IMG/VR virus record: IMGVR_UViG_3300043384_000003
Location: 1-47,334 of that record
DNA: 47,334 bases
Direction: 5' to 3' (one strand)
Origin: a virus
Taxonomy: Duplodnaviria > Caudoviricetes
Shown: piece after piece, positions 17,383 to 27,318 of the stretch
Position numbering within the stretch: position 1 is the stretch's first letter
How the letters are laid out: each line of letters starts with the position of its first letter
Position numbers and translations under genes: made by a program
Notes under the pieces: generated by a model
The model's database searches: none
The model's input: the letters and a program-made list of their open reading frames with translations, nothing else
What the model was told of the DNA's origin: nothing

Positions 17383-20300
17383 ATGGGAAATTACAACCCG
17401 GACAGCCCGGTCATCGTGGGCCAGGAATGGGTGGGCATCCGCGATGAGAACCTGACCCTGTCTCGCGCCAGCAACACGGTGGAGGTGGGACATCGCTTGG
17501 TGCTGCCCGCAGCCCGTACGCTGGCGTCCGCCCAGTTCTACGTGGACAAGCAGCCTGACGGATTCGTGAACGGTCAGGTCATCCAGGTTGCGCTCTACCC
17601 GGCTGGCCTGGAGGACTCCAGCGGTCCGCTTCGGAAGCTGTACGTCCCGTGCACGGCCGGCAACCGGTCGGGCGGTGCGACGATCAACGCTCCCGCGACC
17701 ACGGTTCCGCAGGCGCTTCAGAACCCGTCCAGTCCCGGCATCACATACAGCACGGTCAACGGCGAAGTTGACATCTACTTTGACTTCACGCCGTACGCCC
17801 AACAGCTCCAGGGCAAGCGGATCATGTCAATGAGCGTGATCTACTCCATGCGCGCGAACGGTGTGGACGCGTACGGCGGAGGCGGCCTTCTCCTCAGCCT
17901 GCTCGATAACTTCGCGGACCTCATGTTCTACGGCTACATCACGGGCGAGGTAGGCACCACGGCGCTCACCACGCACCGTGTCCCCCTGGGTGAGGTCAAT
18001 CCCTTCTGGGCGAACACGACTGCGATCACTACCAACGAATGTCTACCGTTCACCCTGGAGCAGCTTCTCCGGATGGTCAGCACGGCTACGCATCCGTTCT
18101 TCTTGACGATCATCGGTCAAAGCGCTTCATCGATTAATGACATCGTGCTCCAGAGCGTCCAGCTGGAAGTGGTCTACTGCGAGGAACAGCGGATCGCGTA
18201 TGGAGGCTGCCGGTACGACAACGGCCCTCCGAACTTCAATAACAACTTCAACACGGGCGCCAACGTCATCCCGATGCACGCTGCCGTGACCCTGGCGAAC
18301 AACCCGGTCATTCCGGCTGGCGTTTACTCCGTCGTGGTGAGCAGTCCGACGATGGGCGACTACACGTCCACGGACAGCGTGGTGGACGTCGTACCGGAGC
18401 TGAACCAGGTGCGCCAGTTCTACGGCCTGGACCCGCAGCGCGGCGTCCAGGTCAACATTCCATTTCCCCCCTGGGACAACGTGGGCCAGACGTTCACGCA
18501 GGAGACGACCGTCAAGCTGCTGCCTCAGATCTCGCTGCATGCCTCCGGCAGCGGCGTGTTCCCGGAAGTGCACGTCTACGGTCGGCGCGCGGCGGCTCCC
18601 GTGTACGGCAACATCATCACTTCCCAGGGGATCGACGCGACCGCCGTACCGTCCGCTACGTTCCCGCAGGCGCGTTACTACGCACGCCGGTTCGGGGACA
18701 CCGTTACGCCGCTGTCGCTCTCGCAGGGCTCCTTTGCGGCCACCATCACCCCGGCGCAGTTCGATGCGCTCCCGGAGATCGTGGATGGCTGGAAGGAGGT
18801 AAACGTCCGGCTCAGCTCGGCGCCTACTGGAGCACAGATCAGCTCCGCTGGTTGGAACTGGTCCGCGACGGGTGAGACCGTGGGCAATCGCTGGGAGGTA
18901 CTGGGCGTCAGCGCTCCGGCTGTCTCCGGCATACCGGGAAACTTGTTGAATCAAGTACCGTCGCTCCAGCGGCTCAGCTCCGCGACGTACCTTGCGCCAT
19001 CCGGCTCCGCCATGGCGCTCACATGGCAGTCTCCGCAGGTATCCGGCGCGGCCCTGGATGTCACCTCGGACGCCGTACTCCTGTTCTCCCAGGACCCGCC
19101 GACAGTGTCCGGAATCGGCGTCGTCACGGCGTCTCAAGCGGTCACAGGGTTGGGCGTGCTCTGCGCTCCGAGCAACCAACCGATGAGCGTACCGACCGGC
19201 ATCACGTACAACCAGGTCTCCTGGACTCCGCCCGTGGGCGCGGCATTCGACGCGTTCGGCCGGAACGTTGCTCCAGGTGGCTGGGGTAACGCAGATGTCG
19301 GCGGCGCCTGGACCACGGTGGGCGGGTCAGCGTCGGACTACTCCGTCACGGGTGGCTCTGGCGTGATGACACACACCAACGTCAACGTGACCCGACGCGC
19401 GGTCCTGGGGACCGCGTACGCGGACGGCACGGTTACCGCGCTCATCACCACGTCTGTGGCGGCCACTGGTGGCCCGGTCTACGGGCGCATTTACGCGCGC
19501 TACGTCGACACCAGCAACCACTATTACGGTGAGATCAAGTTCAACACGACCGGCACCGTGTCCGCGAGCATCGCCAAGGTGGTGGCTGGCGTGACAACCA
19601 CGCTCGCTACCGCGTCGTTCGTCGGCACGTACGTGGCGGGGACCGGCTTCTACGGGAAGCTACTGGTCCAGGGGAGCATGCTGTCTTTCACCGTGTGGCC
19701 CAACGGCGCGAACCCTCCAGGGCAGCCGACGATCGTCACGGCGGACTCAGCGCTCACGTCCGGCGTGGCAGGGCTCGGCAGCCTGCTGGATGCGACCAAC
19801 ACCAACACGTTGCCCGTGACCGTGCTCTTTGACAACTTCTCGGTTTCGCTCGCAACGATCCAGTACGTGGAGCTTCAGCGCTCTGACACCGTGGACCCCA
19901 CGTGGTACCCGATCATGAGAAATACTCTCCAGTCGGCTACCGGCTTCGCGGACTACGAGGCACGTATCGGCATCCTCACCAGCTACCGCGTGCGACTGGT
20001 CAACGTGCTGGGCTTCGTCGGCAGCTGGTCCGCCACGGTGACCTCCACGATCACGGCGCCCGGCGTCATCGGTCGGCGCGTAGATAACAGCGTCCTTGTC
20101 TTCACGTCAAACTACGCACAGAGCGGGATTTACAACCTCGCTTACGCGGAGTCGTGGGACGGCACTCCGTCCGAAGACTTCACGTTCCCGGAGTCCGGCC
20201 GGAGTCGCCTCCAGTGGCTCTACGGGCGCGATTTCATGGCGGCCTACCGCCCGACCGAACGCGGAGGCGAGCAGTTCTCCAGGGGGATCCTGATCCAGAA

Positions 20301-20529
20301 TGCGGCCATTGCCAGCGGTCCGGTGCTGCGCGCGGCGGCGCAGAGTCTCCGTGACATGGGCTGGGCGGACCTGCCGTACGTTTGCGTGCGCAACGAACTG
20401 GGAGACCGGTGGTTTGCGAACGTCGTGGTTCCCTCCATCCGCATCCAGCGCAATCGGTCTCTCCAGGTCGCACAGGTCGCGGTCACGGAGATCACGGCCA
20501 CGCCGTACGCAGTGAACCCAGGGGCATGA
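17383..20529 (+). CDS. Minor tail protein (large, beta-rich, with a possible lectin-like domain)
   Basis: 1048 aa, Thr/Ser/Gly-rich; 'DAFGR…WGNADVGGAW…FDNF' domain; follows the tape measure gene. Confidence 0.75.
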   Translation: MGNYNPDSPVIVGQEWVGIRDENLTLSRASNTVEVGHRLVLPAARTLASAQFYVDKQPDGFVNGQVIQVALYPAGLEDSSGPLRKLYVPCTAGNRSGGATINAPATTVPQALQNPSSPGITYSTVNGEVDIYFDFTPYAQQLQGKRIMSMSVIYSMRANGVDAYGGGGLLLSLLDNFADLMFYGYITGEVGTTALTTHRVPLGEVNPFWANTTAITTNECLPFTLEQLLRMVSTATHPFFLTIIGQSASSINDIVLQSVQLEVVYCEEQRIAYGGCRYDNGPPNFNNNFNTGANVIPMHAAVTLANNPVIPAGVYSVVVSSPTMGDYTSTDSVVDVVPELNQVRQFYGLDPQRGVQVNIPFPPWDNVGQTFTQETTVKLLPQISLHASGSGVFPEVHVYGRRAAAPVYGNIITSQGIDATAVPSATFPQARYYARRFGDTVTPLSLSQGSFAATITPAQFDALPEIVDGWKEVNVRLSSAPTGAQISSAGWNWSATGETVGNRWEVLGVSAPAVSGIPGNLLNQVPSLQRLSSATYLAPSGSAMALTWQSPQVSGAALDVTSDAVLLFSQDPPTVSGIGVVTASQAVTGLGVLCAPSNQPMSVPTGITYNQVSWTPPVGAAFDAFGRNVAPGGWGNADVGGAWTTVGGSASDYSVTGGSGVMTHTNVNVTRRAVLGTAYADGTVTALITTSVAATGGPVYGRIYARYVDTSNHYYGEIKFNTTGTVSASIAKVVAGVTTTLATASFVGTYVAGTGFYGKLLVQGSMLSFTVWPNGANPPGQPTIVTADSALTSGVAGLGSLLDATNTNTLPVTVLFDNFSVSLATIQYVELQRSDTVDPTWYPIMRNTLQSATGFADYEARIGILTSYRVRLVNVLGFVGSWSATVTSTITAPGVIGRRVDNSVLVFTSNYAQSGIYNLAYAESWDGTPSEDFTFPESGRSRLQWLYGRDFMAAYRPTERGGEQFSRGILIQNAAIASGPVLRAAAQSLRDMGWADLPYVCVRNELGDRWFANVVVPSIRIQRNRSLQVAQVAVTEITATPYAVNPGA

Positions 20530-20530
20530 C

Positions 20531-22333
20531 ATGAGTGTGCCTGTCTACCGCGATGGCGTGACCGCTGTCGGCACCACCAGCTCAGCGGCGGGAACCATCC
20601 CGGTTACCGTCCAGGTCGGTGACGTGATGGTCCTTGTCGTTGTGTTGAAGCTGCTGATTGGTAGCGGCACGATCAACACGCCGGCTGGCTGGACCCTCAC
20701 GTCACCTGGTGTCGTCGCGTTGTCCGGAGCGGCGGGGCAGGCGGCCACGTTCTACCGCGTGGCGACCGCGCCGGACCCAGGGTCCACGTTGACCGTGACC
20801 GGAGCCAGCTCGCAACAGCTGAACTGGTGTCTGGCCGCGTACTCCGGGAGTAACGGGACCGTTCGCGCCGTGACGTTCGCGGACAACGGCGCATCGAGCG
20901 TCAACGTTCCGATGTCGGCAGCCACCACGGCCACGGATGACATCGTGGTGGGCGCCATGGCGGCGCGCACCGCGTCAAACGCCAATGTCGCCTTCACGCA
21001 GCCGGCCGGCTACACGATGCGCCAGCAGGTCACCAACACTTCAGGCGCGGCTCAGAACGTCGGCAGCGGGCTCTGTGACAGCACGTCGTTCGGAGCGGCC
21101 ACGGCGACCGTGGCGCCCGCGTCCTGGTCCATCGCGGGCCAGGTCATCGTGGAGGGCATCTCCGCTCCGCCTCCGCCTGCTCCTGTTCCCACTGTCGGCG
21201 GCAGCCTCTCGGAGTCATCTCGCTTCGTCGTGATGTCAGCGCTGACCAGTGATGACGTAACCAGCCCGTTTGACCTCCCGACCGGACGCGGCCAGCGTTC
21301 GTGTACCTTCGCGTTCGATCTTCTCGACGCGGCCAGCGGCCAGGTGCTCGGAAGCCTCCAGCCGACCCAGGATCAGATCCCGGTCCTGGGTCACGACACG
21401 TCGCGCACCATCATGCGGCAGCTGACGCTGGGCCTGGATGCTGTCGACACGGCGGCTATCGACACGATCAAGGATCGTGTCCGGATTCGCCTGGTGCTCC
21501 CGGACGGCCGGACCTTCCCCCTGGGTAAGTACATGTTCACGGACAACACGCGGGCTCCGTACACGACCAATCGGCGGCAGTCCTCCGTGGTGCTCATGGA
21601 CGAGATGTTCACGGTTGACCAACCACGATCGACCGGCTTCCCGGACATCGCGACCCAGGTAAACAGCGACTTCTCCAAGCCTGACGCGGCGCAGCTGGTA
21701 CAGCAGCTCTTGGAGGACTTCCCGACGATCGAACAGCTGATCGACGGAAGCCCGTTCACCATTCTCAATACCTGGGGGCTCGGCACCAGCTCCGGTCAGG
21801 TGCTCACGGACCTGGCGGCCTTCGGCGACTACTTCCCGCCATGGTTCAGCAACGATGAGAAACTGCACATGATTCGGTCGTTCGATCCGGCGACAAAGGT
21901 CCCTGCATTCGACTGGGACACATACGACCATGTCTATGCGGATTCGATTACGGAAACTGACGACCTGTTGACCGCGCCTAATCGGATCATCGTTGTCTCA
22001 AATGACATGAGCGATTCCACGGCTTCCGCGATCATCGGGATATACGACATTCCGGCGAGCGCTCCACACTCGATTCAAAACCGGGGATTCGTTATCCCGG
22101 ATATCTTCAATACGCAGGTGTCCACCACGTCTCAAGCCCAGGCGTACGCCCGGAACATTGGCGTCCAGCAGACCGTTTACCAGCGGACCACGCTCTCCAC
22201 GGCGCCCGATCCGCGCCATGACAGCTACGATGTCGTTCGCTGGCAGGGGCAGAACTGGCTGGAGCTGGCTTGGAGCATGGACCTGATTGAAGGTGGCACG
22301 ATGTCCCACACGCTGCGGAAGACGTACCGATGA
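20531..22333 (+). CDS. Minor tail / baseplate hub protein
   Basis: N-terminal Thr/Ala-rich beta domain, Pro linker, then a hub-like region ('FPLGKY', 'PNRIIVV', 'DPRHDSYDVV'). Confidence 0.7.
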   Translation: MSVPVYRDGVTAVGTTSSAAGTIPVTVQVGDVMVLVVVLKLLIGSGTINTPAGWTLTSPGVVALSGAAGQAATFYRVATAPDPGSTLTVTGASSQQLNWCLAAYSGSNGTVRAVTFADNGASSVNVPMSAATTATDDIVVGAMAARTASNANVAFTQPAGYTMRQQVTNTSGAAQNVGSGLCDSTSFGAATATVAPASWSIAGQVIVEGISAPPPPAPVPTVGGSLSESSRFVVMSALTSDDVTSPFDLPTGRGQRSCTFAFDLLDAASGQVLGSLQPTQDQIPVLGHDTSRTIMRQLTLGLDAVDTAAIDTIKDRVRIRLVLPDGRTFPLGKYMFTDNTRAPYTTNRRQSSVVLMDEMFTVDQPRSTGFPDIATQVNSDFSKPDAAQLVQQLLEDFPTIEQLIDGSPFTILNTWGLGTSSGQVLTDLAAFGDYFPPWFSNDEKLHMIRSFDPATKVPAFDWDTYDHVYADSITETDDLLTAPNRIIVVSNDMSDSTASAIIGIYDIPASAPHSIQNRGFVIPDIFNTQVSTTSQAQAYARNIGVQQTVYQRTTLSTAPDPRHDSYDVVRWQGQNWLELAWSMDLIEGGTMSHTLRKTYR

Positions 22334-22905
22334 CGGACACGACGTCACCCGGAGCCCCTGGCGCGCCTGACATCTTCTCCGCTGGCGCTGACCAGATGAT
22401 TGATCTGTTCACGCGTAAGGGCCTGCTCTGGAAGATGATTCTGGGGACCGCCTCCAGCTCGGCGCCCAATGGCGTCTTTTATAACGTCCTGGCGGTACCC
22501 GCGACATTGGACGGTGACTCAACGACGGTGAGCGCTCGGTCGCTCATCGGGCCGGTGAACGAAGGCGCGCGGGTCGCAATGATCTACGTACCGCCCACGG
22601 GCTATTACATCGTGGGTTACGTGGCCAACCCAGGGCACGGATTCGCATTGGCGGAGAACCGTATCACCAGCGTCAGCTTCACGTCTCTGTCATCTACTAC
22701 GGTCAATGTGACTTTCACGCATCCGTTTTCCACGGCGCCTGTGATTACGACAAACATCAACTCCGGAGCTGGCGCCACGGCGCAATGGCATTCGCGTGCC
22801 ATCAACATCACGGCAACTGGATTCCAGCTATTCCTATTCGGCGCAGGCGCCAGCACTTGGTCCAATGTCGCTGTCCAGTGGATGGCTGGCGAACCGACAC
22901 CGTGA
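22330..22905 (+). CDS. Minor tail protein with an H-type-lectin-like C-terminus
   Basis: 'VTFTHPFSTAPVI…ITATGF…VQWMA' motif; OB-fold-like N-terminal half. Confidence 0.6.
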   Translation: MTDTTSPGAPGAPDIFSAGADQMIDLFTRKGLLWKMILGTASSSAPNGVFYNVLAVPATLDGDSTTVSARSLIGPVNEGARVAMIYVPPTGYYIVGYVANPGHGFALAENRITSVSFTSLSSTTVNVTFTHPFSTAPVITTNINSGAGATAQWHSRAINITATGFQLFLFGAGASTWSNVAVQWMAGEPTP

Positions 22906-22908
22906 CCT

Positions 22909-22934
22909 GACGATGCCGTAGCATCGTCGCTATG
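22909..22934 (+). promoter_or_regulatory. Putative leaderless promoter of the glycosylation operon, inside a small inverted repeat
   Basis: TAGCAT lies 7 nt before the ATG at 22932; gacgatgc-cgta-gcatcgtc palindrome overlaps it. Confidence 0.45.
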
Positions 22935-23633
22935 GAATGCCTTTACCTTGTGCCTACGCGGGGACGACCTGCGAACGCGGTCCGGCTGGTTGAACGCTTT
23001 AACGCGACGTCAACGGCGGATGCCCGCCTGGTCCTCATTCTGGACGACGATGATCCGGAGCTGGCGAACTACCGCGCGGCCCTGGAGAGCACGGACCTGG
23101 ACGGCCTCCGGTTCAGCTACCGCGTCGGCCCACGGCTTCGCCTGGGGCCGACGCTCAACCGGCACGCTGCGGAGTACGCCGCGCACTTCGATACGGTCGG
23201 CTTCATGGGGGACGATCACGTACCCGAGACGCCCGGCTGGGATCGCATCCTCATCGACGAAACGAAGCGAACGCGCGGCATCTCCTACGGCAACGACCTG
23301 GTACACGGCCCAGGGCTGCCCACGGCCGTGCTGATGCATTCCAGCGTCATCACGGCGCTGGGCTACATGGTCCCTCCGGGACTGATCCACATGTACCTTG
23401 ACAACTTCTGGCGGGACCTGGGGACGCAGCTCAACGCGCTCACGTACCGGCACGACGTGGTGATCCGCCACGTTCACCCGATCGTCCAGGGCGCCCCCTG
23501 GGATGAGGGCTACACGGAGGCGAACGGGCACATGGGACCGGACGGCGAGCGGTACGGCGCTTACGTCGCGGCCGGCAACCTCCAGGAAGACGTGGAGAAC
23601 GTCCGACAGCATCAGGCTGGTTTGACGTCATGA
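22932..23633 (+). CDS. Glycosyltransferase, GT-A fold (GT2-like)
   Basis: 'LVPTRGRP', 'LDDDD', 'FMGDD', 'HMYLDN', 'IRHVHP'. Confidence 0.85.
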   Translation: MECLYLVPTRGRPANAVRLVERFNATSTADARLVLILDDDDPELANYRAALESTDLDGLRFSYRVGPRLRLGPTLNRHAAEYAAHFDTVGFMGDDHVPETPGWDRILIDETKRTRGISYGNDLVHGPGLPTAVLMHSSVITALGYMVPPGLIHMYLDNFWRDLGTQLNALTYRHDVVIRHVHPIVQGAPWDEGYTEANGHMGPDGERYGAYVAAGNLQEDVENVRQHQAGLTS

Positions 23634-24220
23634 CAAGGAGACAGCTCCGGCCCTTCTGGTCGGATGAGCAGCTGGCCGAGATCTACCCGGCCATGTATGA
23701 CCACACGCGATGGGATGACCACAAGGTCCGTGTGGCCACCACCGTGGACATCGTGGCGGAGTGGGCTGCTACCAAAGAGCCTCGCTGGTTCGATGGGATC
23801 GACCTCACGTGTGGAGACGGTGCGATCCTGCGGGCTCTCCAGGCGCGCGGCGTCGTGGAGCGCACGTACTTCGGGGATCTGGTCTTCGCAGACCATCTCG
23901 ACATCATCGGCAAGGTGGAGGACACCTTGCCCGCGTCCATCCACGGTGGCGGCCGGACGTGGGATCTGTACGTCTGCTCCGAGACCCTGGAGCACGTCCC
24001 GGACCCGGACGGACTCCTGCGCAGCGCGCGGTTCCTCGCCTCGCACGCAGTCTTCTCCACGCCGATTGACGAGACGGACGCGCACGCCAACCCAGAGCAT
24101 TACTGGTCATGGAGCGTGGAGGATATCCGCGCCATGCTGGTAGCGGCCGGCTGGACTCCCGAAGTCCACAAGGTGCTCCCTCTGCCCTATTACAACTTCC
24201 AGATTTGGTGCTGCACATGA
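23630..24220 (+). CDS. Class I SAM-dependent methyltransferase
   Basis: 'DLTCGDG' motif I, 'CSETLEHV.DP', 'STP'. Confidence 0.85.
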   Translation: MTRRQLRPFWSDEQLAEIYPAMYDHTRWDDHKVRVATTVDIVAEWAATKEPRWFDGIDLTCGDGAILRALQARGVVERTYFGDLVFADHLDIIGKVEDTLPASIHGGGRTWDLYVCSETLEHVPDPDGLLRSARFLASHAVFSTPIDETDAHANPEHYWSWSVEDIRAMLVAAGWTPEVHKVLPLPYYNFQIWCCT

Positions 24221-24831
24221 CCGAATACCGTTTGTTCGCCGGAGACGTCGCTGAGGTCTCCACGGTCGACTTCCACGCGGACCGCGAGCGCGCTCCGCAC
24301 CTGGAGCAGTCTCCGCACCAGTGGCGCCTGGCCGCGGCATCCAGCTTCGCCTGGGAAGCCCAGGAGCGCCTGGGACATCAGGCCACGGTCTCCGATCTCG
24401 GCTGTGGAGACGGCGGACTCCTCTCGCTGCTCGCGAAGTCCAGCCACTCCTTCGCCAACACGTGGGGCTATGACTTCTGCCCGGCCAACGCGGCGGGCTG
24501 GTCTGAGCGTGGCGTCCGGGCGCTTGCTCTGGACGTCTTCGGGGACGACTGGGACACGGTTCAGCTCGGAAACATCGTCGTGATGACAGAGGTTCTGGAG
24601 CACCTGACCGACCCGCACGGTGTGCTGCGTCGGCTCCGCGCCGCGCGCCTCCACGACGTGGCCCAGTTCTTGGTGTGCTCATCGCCCTGGACCGAGACCG
24701 ACCAGAGCCACTGTGGCGAGCACGCGTGGGCCTGGGACGAGGCGGGCTACGTCAAACTACTGACGGACGCCGGTTGGACGGTTCAGCGTCACGTCAAAGA
24801 CAACATGTTCCAGGTGGTGCTGGCCGGATGA
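24217..24831 (+). CDS. Class I SAM-dependent methyltransferase
   Basis: 'DLGCGDG', 'TEVLEHLTDP', 'SSP'; ATG at 24217 overlaps the previous stop (ATGA). Confidence 0.85.
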   Translation: MTEYRLFAGDVAEVSTVDFHADRERAPHLEQSPHQWRLAAASSFAWEAQERLGHQATVSDLGCGDGGLLSLLAKSSHSFANTWGYDFCPANAAGWSERGVRALALDVFGDDWDTVQLGNIVVMTEVLEHLTDPHGVLRRLRAARLHDVAQFLVCSSPWTETDQSHCGEHAWAWDEAGYVKLLTDAGWTVQRHVKDNMFQVVLAG

Positions 24832-25424
24832 ACATCACGGTAGTGGTTCCGACCATCGCGCCGCGCGTCCTGCTGCTGGCCGAAGCAATGGCCTCCATCG
24901 AAGCGCAGTCACACCGCGCGGCCACTGTGCTGGTCCAGGAAGACACGACGCACGCGGGCGCGCCAGCGACACGGCACGCCGGCTTGATGCGCGTACAGAC
25001 TCCCTGGGTGGCTTTCCTGGACGATGATGACCTGTTCATGGGCCACCATCTCTCCAGGCTGGTGGCGCACGCGGAGGAGACCGGAGCCGATTACGTCTAC
25101 TCCTGGTTTGAGACCTTGCCGCACGGTTATGACCCGTTCCCGGAGACGCACTTCAGCGCCCCCTGGGACGCTGCGGTTCCGCGTCAGACCACCATCACCA
25201 CCATGGTTCGTACCGAGCTGGCCCAGGCGGTAGGTTTCCTAGGCGGTCCGGACCGCGAGACCGGAGACGGCATGGTGGCCGGTGAAGATTGGGCGTTCAC
25301 GCTCGGCTGCAATGCCCTGGGTAAGATCTCGCATCTGCCGGAACGAACGTGGTACTGGCGGCACTGGGGTTACGGCCAGCCTGGAGGGAACGGCAACACA
25401 TCAGGGCGAGGCGACCGCTGGTGA
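24828..25424 (+). CDS. Glycosyltransferase family 2
   Basis: 'VVVPT', 'WVAFLDDDD', 'GEDW'; ATG at 24828 (ATGA overlap). Confidence 0.85.
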   Translation: MNITVVVPTIAPRVLLLAEAMASIEAQSHRAATVLVQEDTTHAGAPATRHAGLMRVQTPWVAFLDDDDLFMGHHLSRLVAHAEETGADYVYSWFETLPHGYDPFPETHFSAPWDAAVPRQTTITTMVRTELAQAVGFLGGPDRETGDGMVAGEDWAFTLGCNALGKISHLPERTWYWRHWGYGQPGGNGNTSGRGDRW

Positions 25425-25446
25425 ACCGACGAATGGAGAAGACGAA

Positions 25447-26529
25447 GTGAAGACCTATGTATACCCGGCCGGCATGGACGGCTGCGGGTACTACCGCCTC
25501 ATCTGGCCTGCTCGCGCGCTCGCGTCCCAGGGGCATGACGTCACGGTGGTGCTCCCGGACGAACGCCTCCACGCACCGCTCCAGCTCAGTGGTCGCCAGG
25601 ATGCCCAGGGCAACCTGGTCCAGATCAATTACCCCATGGACGCTGAGGTCATCGTGATGCAGCGCCCGACGCACCAGAACTTGGTGAGCGCGGTCCGGCT
25701 GCTCCGTGAAGCGGGCGTGACCGTGATCGTGGACATGGACGATGACCTCACCCGCATCCACCCGCGTAACCCTGCCTTCGGGGCGATGCACCCGCGCGCC
25801 ATCGGACCGCACTCATGGGTCAATGCGACGACGGCCTGTCACGGAGCGAGCTTCGTCACGGTGTCCACCCCGGCGCTTCTCCCGGTCTACGCACCGCACG
25901 GCCGGAGCGCGGTGCTTTACAACATGATCCAGGAGATGAACCTGGACCTTCCCCGGGACGTCTCGGATGGATCGTTCGGCTGGACCGGCACGATCCGCAG
26001 CCACCCGGATGACCCGTTCGTGATGGGGTCCTCCGTACAGCGCTTGGTCTCGGAGGGCTACCGCTTCCGGATGGTCGGCAACCCGGTCGACATCGCGGAG
26101 GCGTTGCGCCTCAGAGACGATCAGGTGGCCTGTGACGGAGTGGTGGACTCCACGGCATGGGCTGCGGCGATTTCACGTCTCCACGTCGGTCTGGCGCCTC
26201 TGGCGGACACTTCGTTCAACGCGGCGAAGTCCTGGCTCAAGCCGCTGGAGCTGGCGAGCGTGGGCGTGCCCACGGTGGTGAGTCCGCGCGCTGAGTATCG
26301 GCGGCTCTGGCGTGACCACGGAATCGGAGTGCTCGCGCCAAAGCCGAAGGACTTCTATCGGGAGGTCAAGCGCCTGATGGAGGACGCGACGTGGTACGCC
26401 GAGATGGCGGAGAAGTCGCGCGACGCGGCGCGCGGGCTGACGGTGGAGGGCAACGCGTGGCGCTGGGCGGAAGCCTGGACCACAGCGCGCAAGCTGGATC
26501 TTCAGGCACGCGTGCACGCAGCGGCTTAA
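25447..26529 (+). CDS. Glycosyltransferase, GT-B fold (GT4-like)
   Basis: 'GCGYYR', 'DMDDD', 'VSTP', 'GLAPL…FN..KSWLKPLE', 'GVPTVVS'; GTG start after ggag. Confidence 0.85.
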   Translation: MKTYVYPAGMDGCGYYRLIWPARALASQGHDVTVVLPDERLHAPLQLSGRQDAQGNLVQINYPMDAEVIVMQRPTHQNLVSAVRLLREAGVTVIVDMDDDLTRIHPRNPAFGAMHPRAIGPHSWVNATTACHGASFVTVSTPALLPVYAPHGRSAVLYNMIQEMNLDLPRDVSDGSFGWTGTIRSHPDDPFVMGSSVQRLVSEGYRFRMVGNPVDIAEALRLRDDQVACDGVVDSTAWAAAISRLHVGLAPLADTSFNAAKSWLKPLELASVGVPTVVSPRAEYRRLWRDHGIGVLAPKPKDFYREVKRLMEDATWYAEMAEKSRDAARGLTVEGNAWRWAEAWTTARKLDLQARVHAAA

Positions 26530-26726
26530 CCCGCCTGGTGCTGGTGGCGGAAGTTCGGCTTCTTCGTGGTGTCCGCGTCCTGGCCGATCCAGACGTCCAT
26601 CAGCCACGACGTGTCCGCCATCGGCTGGGCCATGATGAGGTCCAGCTGCGCTGCCCCTGGGTCCTCCAGCTCAGACTCAAAGGTCTGGAGCGGTCCATCG
26701 TCGATGCGATACGTGAGCGTAACCAT
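26526..26726 (-). CDS. Hypothetical protein (66 aa), leaderless
   Basis: TAGGAT lies 6 nt before the ATG; converges on the GT4 stop. Confidence 0.6.
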   Translation of the reverse strand: MVTLTYRIDDGPLQTFESELEDPGAAQLDLIMAQPMADTSWLMDVWIGQDADTTKKPNFRHQHQAG

Positions 26727-26739
26727 GTGATGATCCTAC

Positions 26740-26783
26740 ACACGAAGAAGCGCCCCGGAATCCTCCAGGGCGCTTCTTCGTGT
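26740..26783 (-). terminator. Intrinsic terminator
   Basis: acacgaagaagcgccc / gggcgcttcttcgtgt inverted repeat. Confidence 0.8.
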
Positions 26784-26789
26784 TCTACG

Positions 26790-27113
26790 TCAGAGATCAC
26801 GCCGAGACGGAACCGAAGGGTTCGGGCTCAGGATCTCGGACGTTGTGGGGTCCTTGCAGATGTCCAGACGCTCCGGGCGGATGGCTCGCGCCAGCTGCTC
26901 CACCTCATCCGCGAAGATCAGTTCCAGGGACCGGAGCGTGACCGTCTCGGCGGTCGCGGCGTTCCCCCGGTGCTCGCTCGCGTGCTCCAGGAGCCAACCA
27001 CGGAACACGCGGATGACGTCCGCCGTAGCAGTGTCCAGAGCCTCCAGGGCCACGCCCTGGCGCGCGAGCACGATCCGCAACGCATCGTGAACGGTTTCCT
27101 TCGGCTGGTTCAT
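26790..27113 (-). CDS. Hypothetical protein (107 aa)
   Basis: RBS gaggag; in-operon position. Confidence 0.7.
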   Translation of the reverse strand: MNQPKETVHDALRIVLARQGVALEALDTATADVIRVFRGWLLEHASEHRGNAATAETVTLRSLELIFADEVEQLARAIRPERLDICKDPTTSEILSPNPSVPSRRDL

Positions 27114-27125
27114 GTGCTCATCTCC

Positions 27126-27317
27126 TCAGATGTCCAAGCCCTTGCGTTTGAGCAGGGCCTTTGTGTTGGTGAGCGACCGGGACCTTCCCGGAGTTGACGA
27201 CGTGAAGACCACGGCGCCACTGGGTGACTTGAATTTGTAGTGACCGCTTCCCGTGTAGGTTACGGTCCACCCTTGTTTCTCGGCGGCGTTGACCAGCGCG
27301 TTCATGTCTTTGTTCAT
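27126..27317 (-). CDS. hicA: HicA-like (dsRBD-fold) small protein, 63 aa
   Basis: MNKDM…'QGW…GSGHYKFKSP…STP…LKRKG', a HicA-type GxH motif. Confidence 0.65.
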   Translation of the reverse strand: MNKDMNALVNAAEKQGWTVTYTGSGHYKFKSPSGAVVFTSSTPGRSRSLTNTKALLKRKGLDI

Positions 27318-27318
27318 C

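Noticed and set aside
23630-24831. DNA methyltransferases or a restriction-modification system
   Set aside because: No DPPY/NPPY or PC catalytic motifs; E-x-LEH-x-x-DP is typical of small-molecule/sugar methyltransferases
24109-25446. Longer starts from the ORF track (24109, 24675, 25282; also 8043, 13127, 27377, 36652)
   Set aside because: They overlap upstream genes extensively; coupled ATGA/GTGA or RBS-supported downstream starts were preferred
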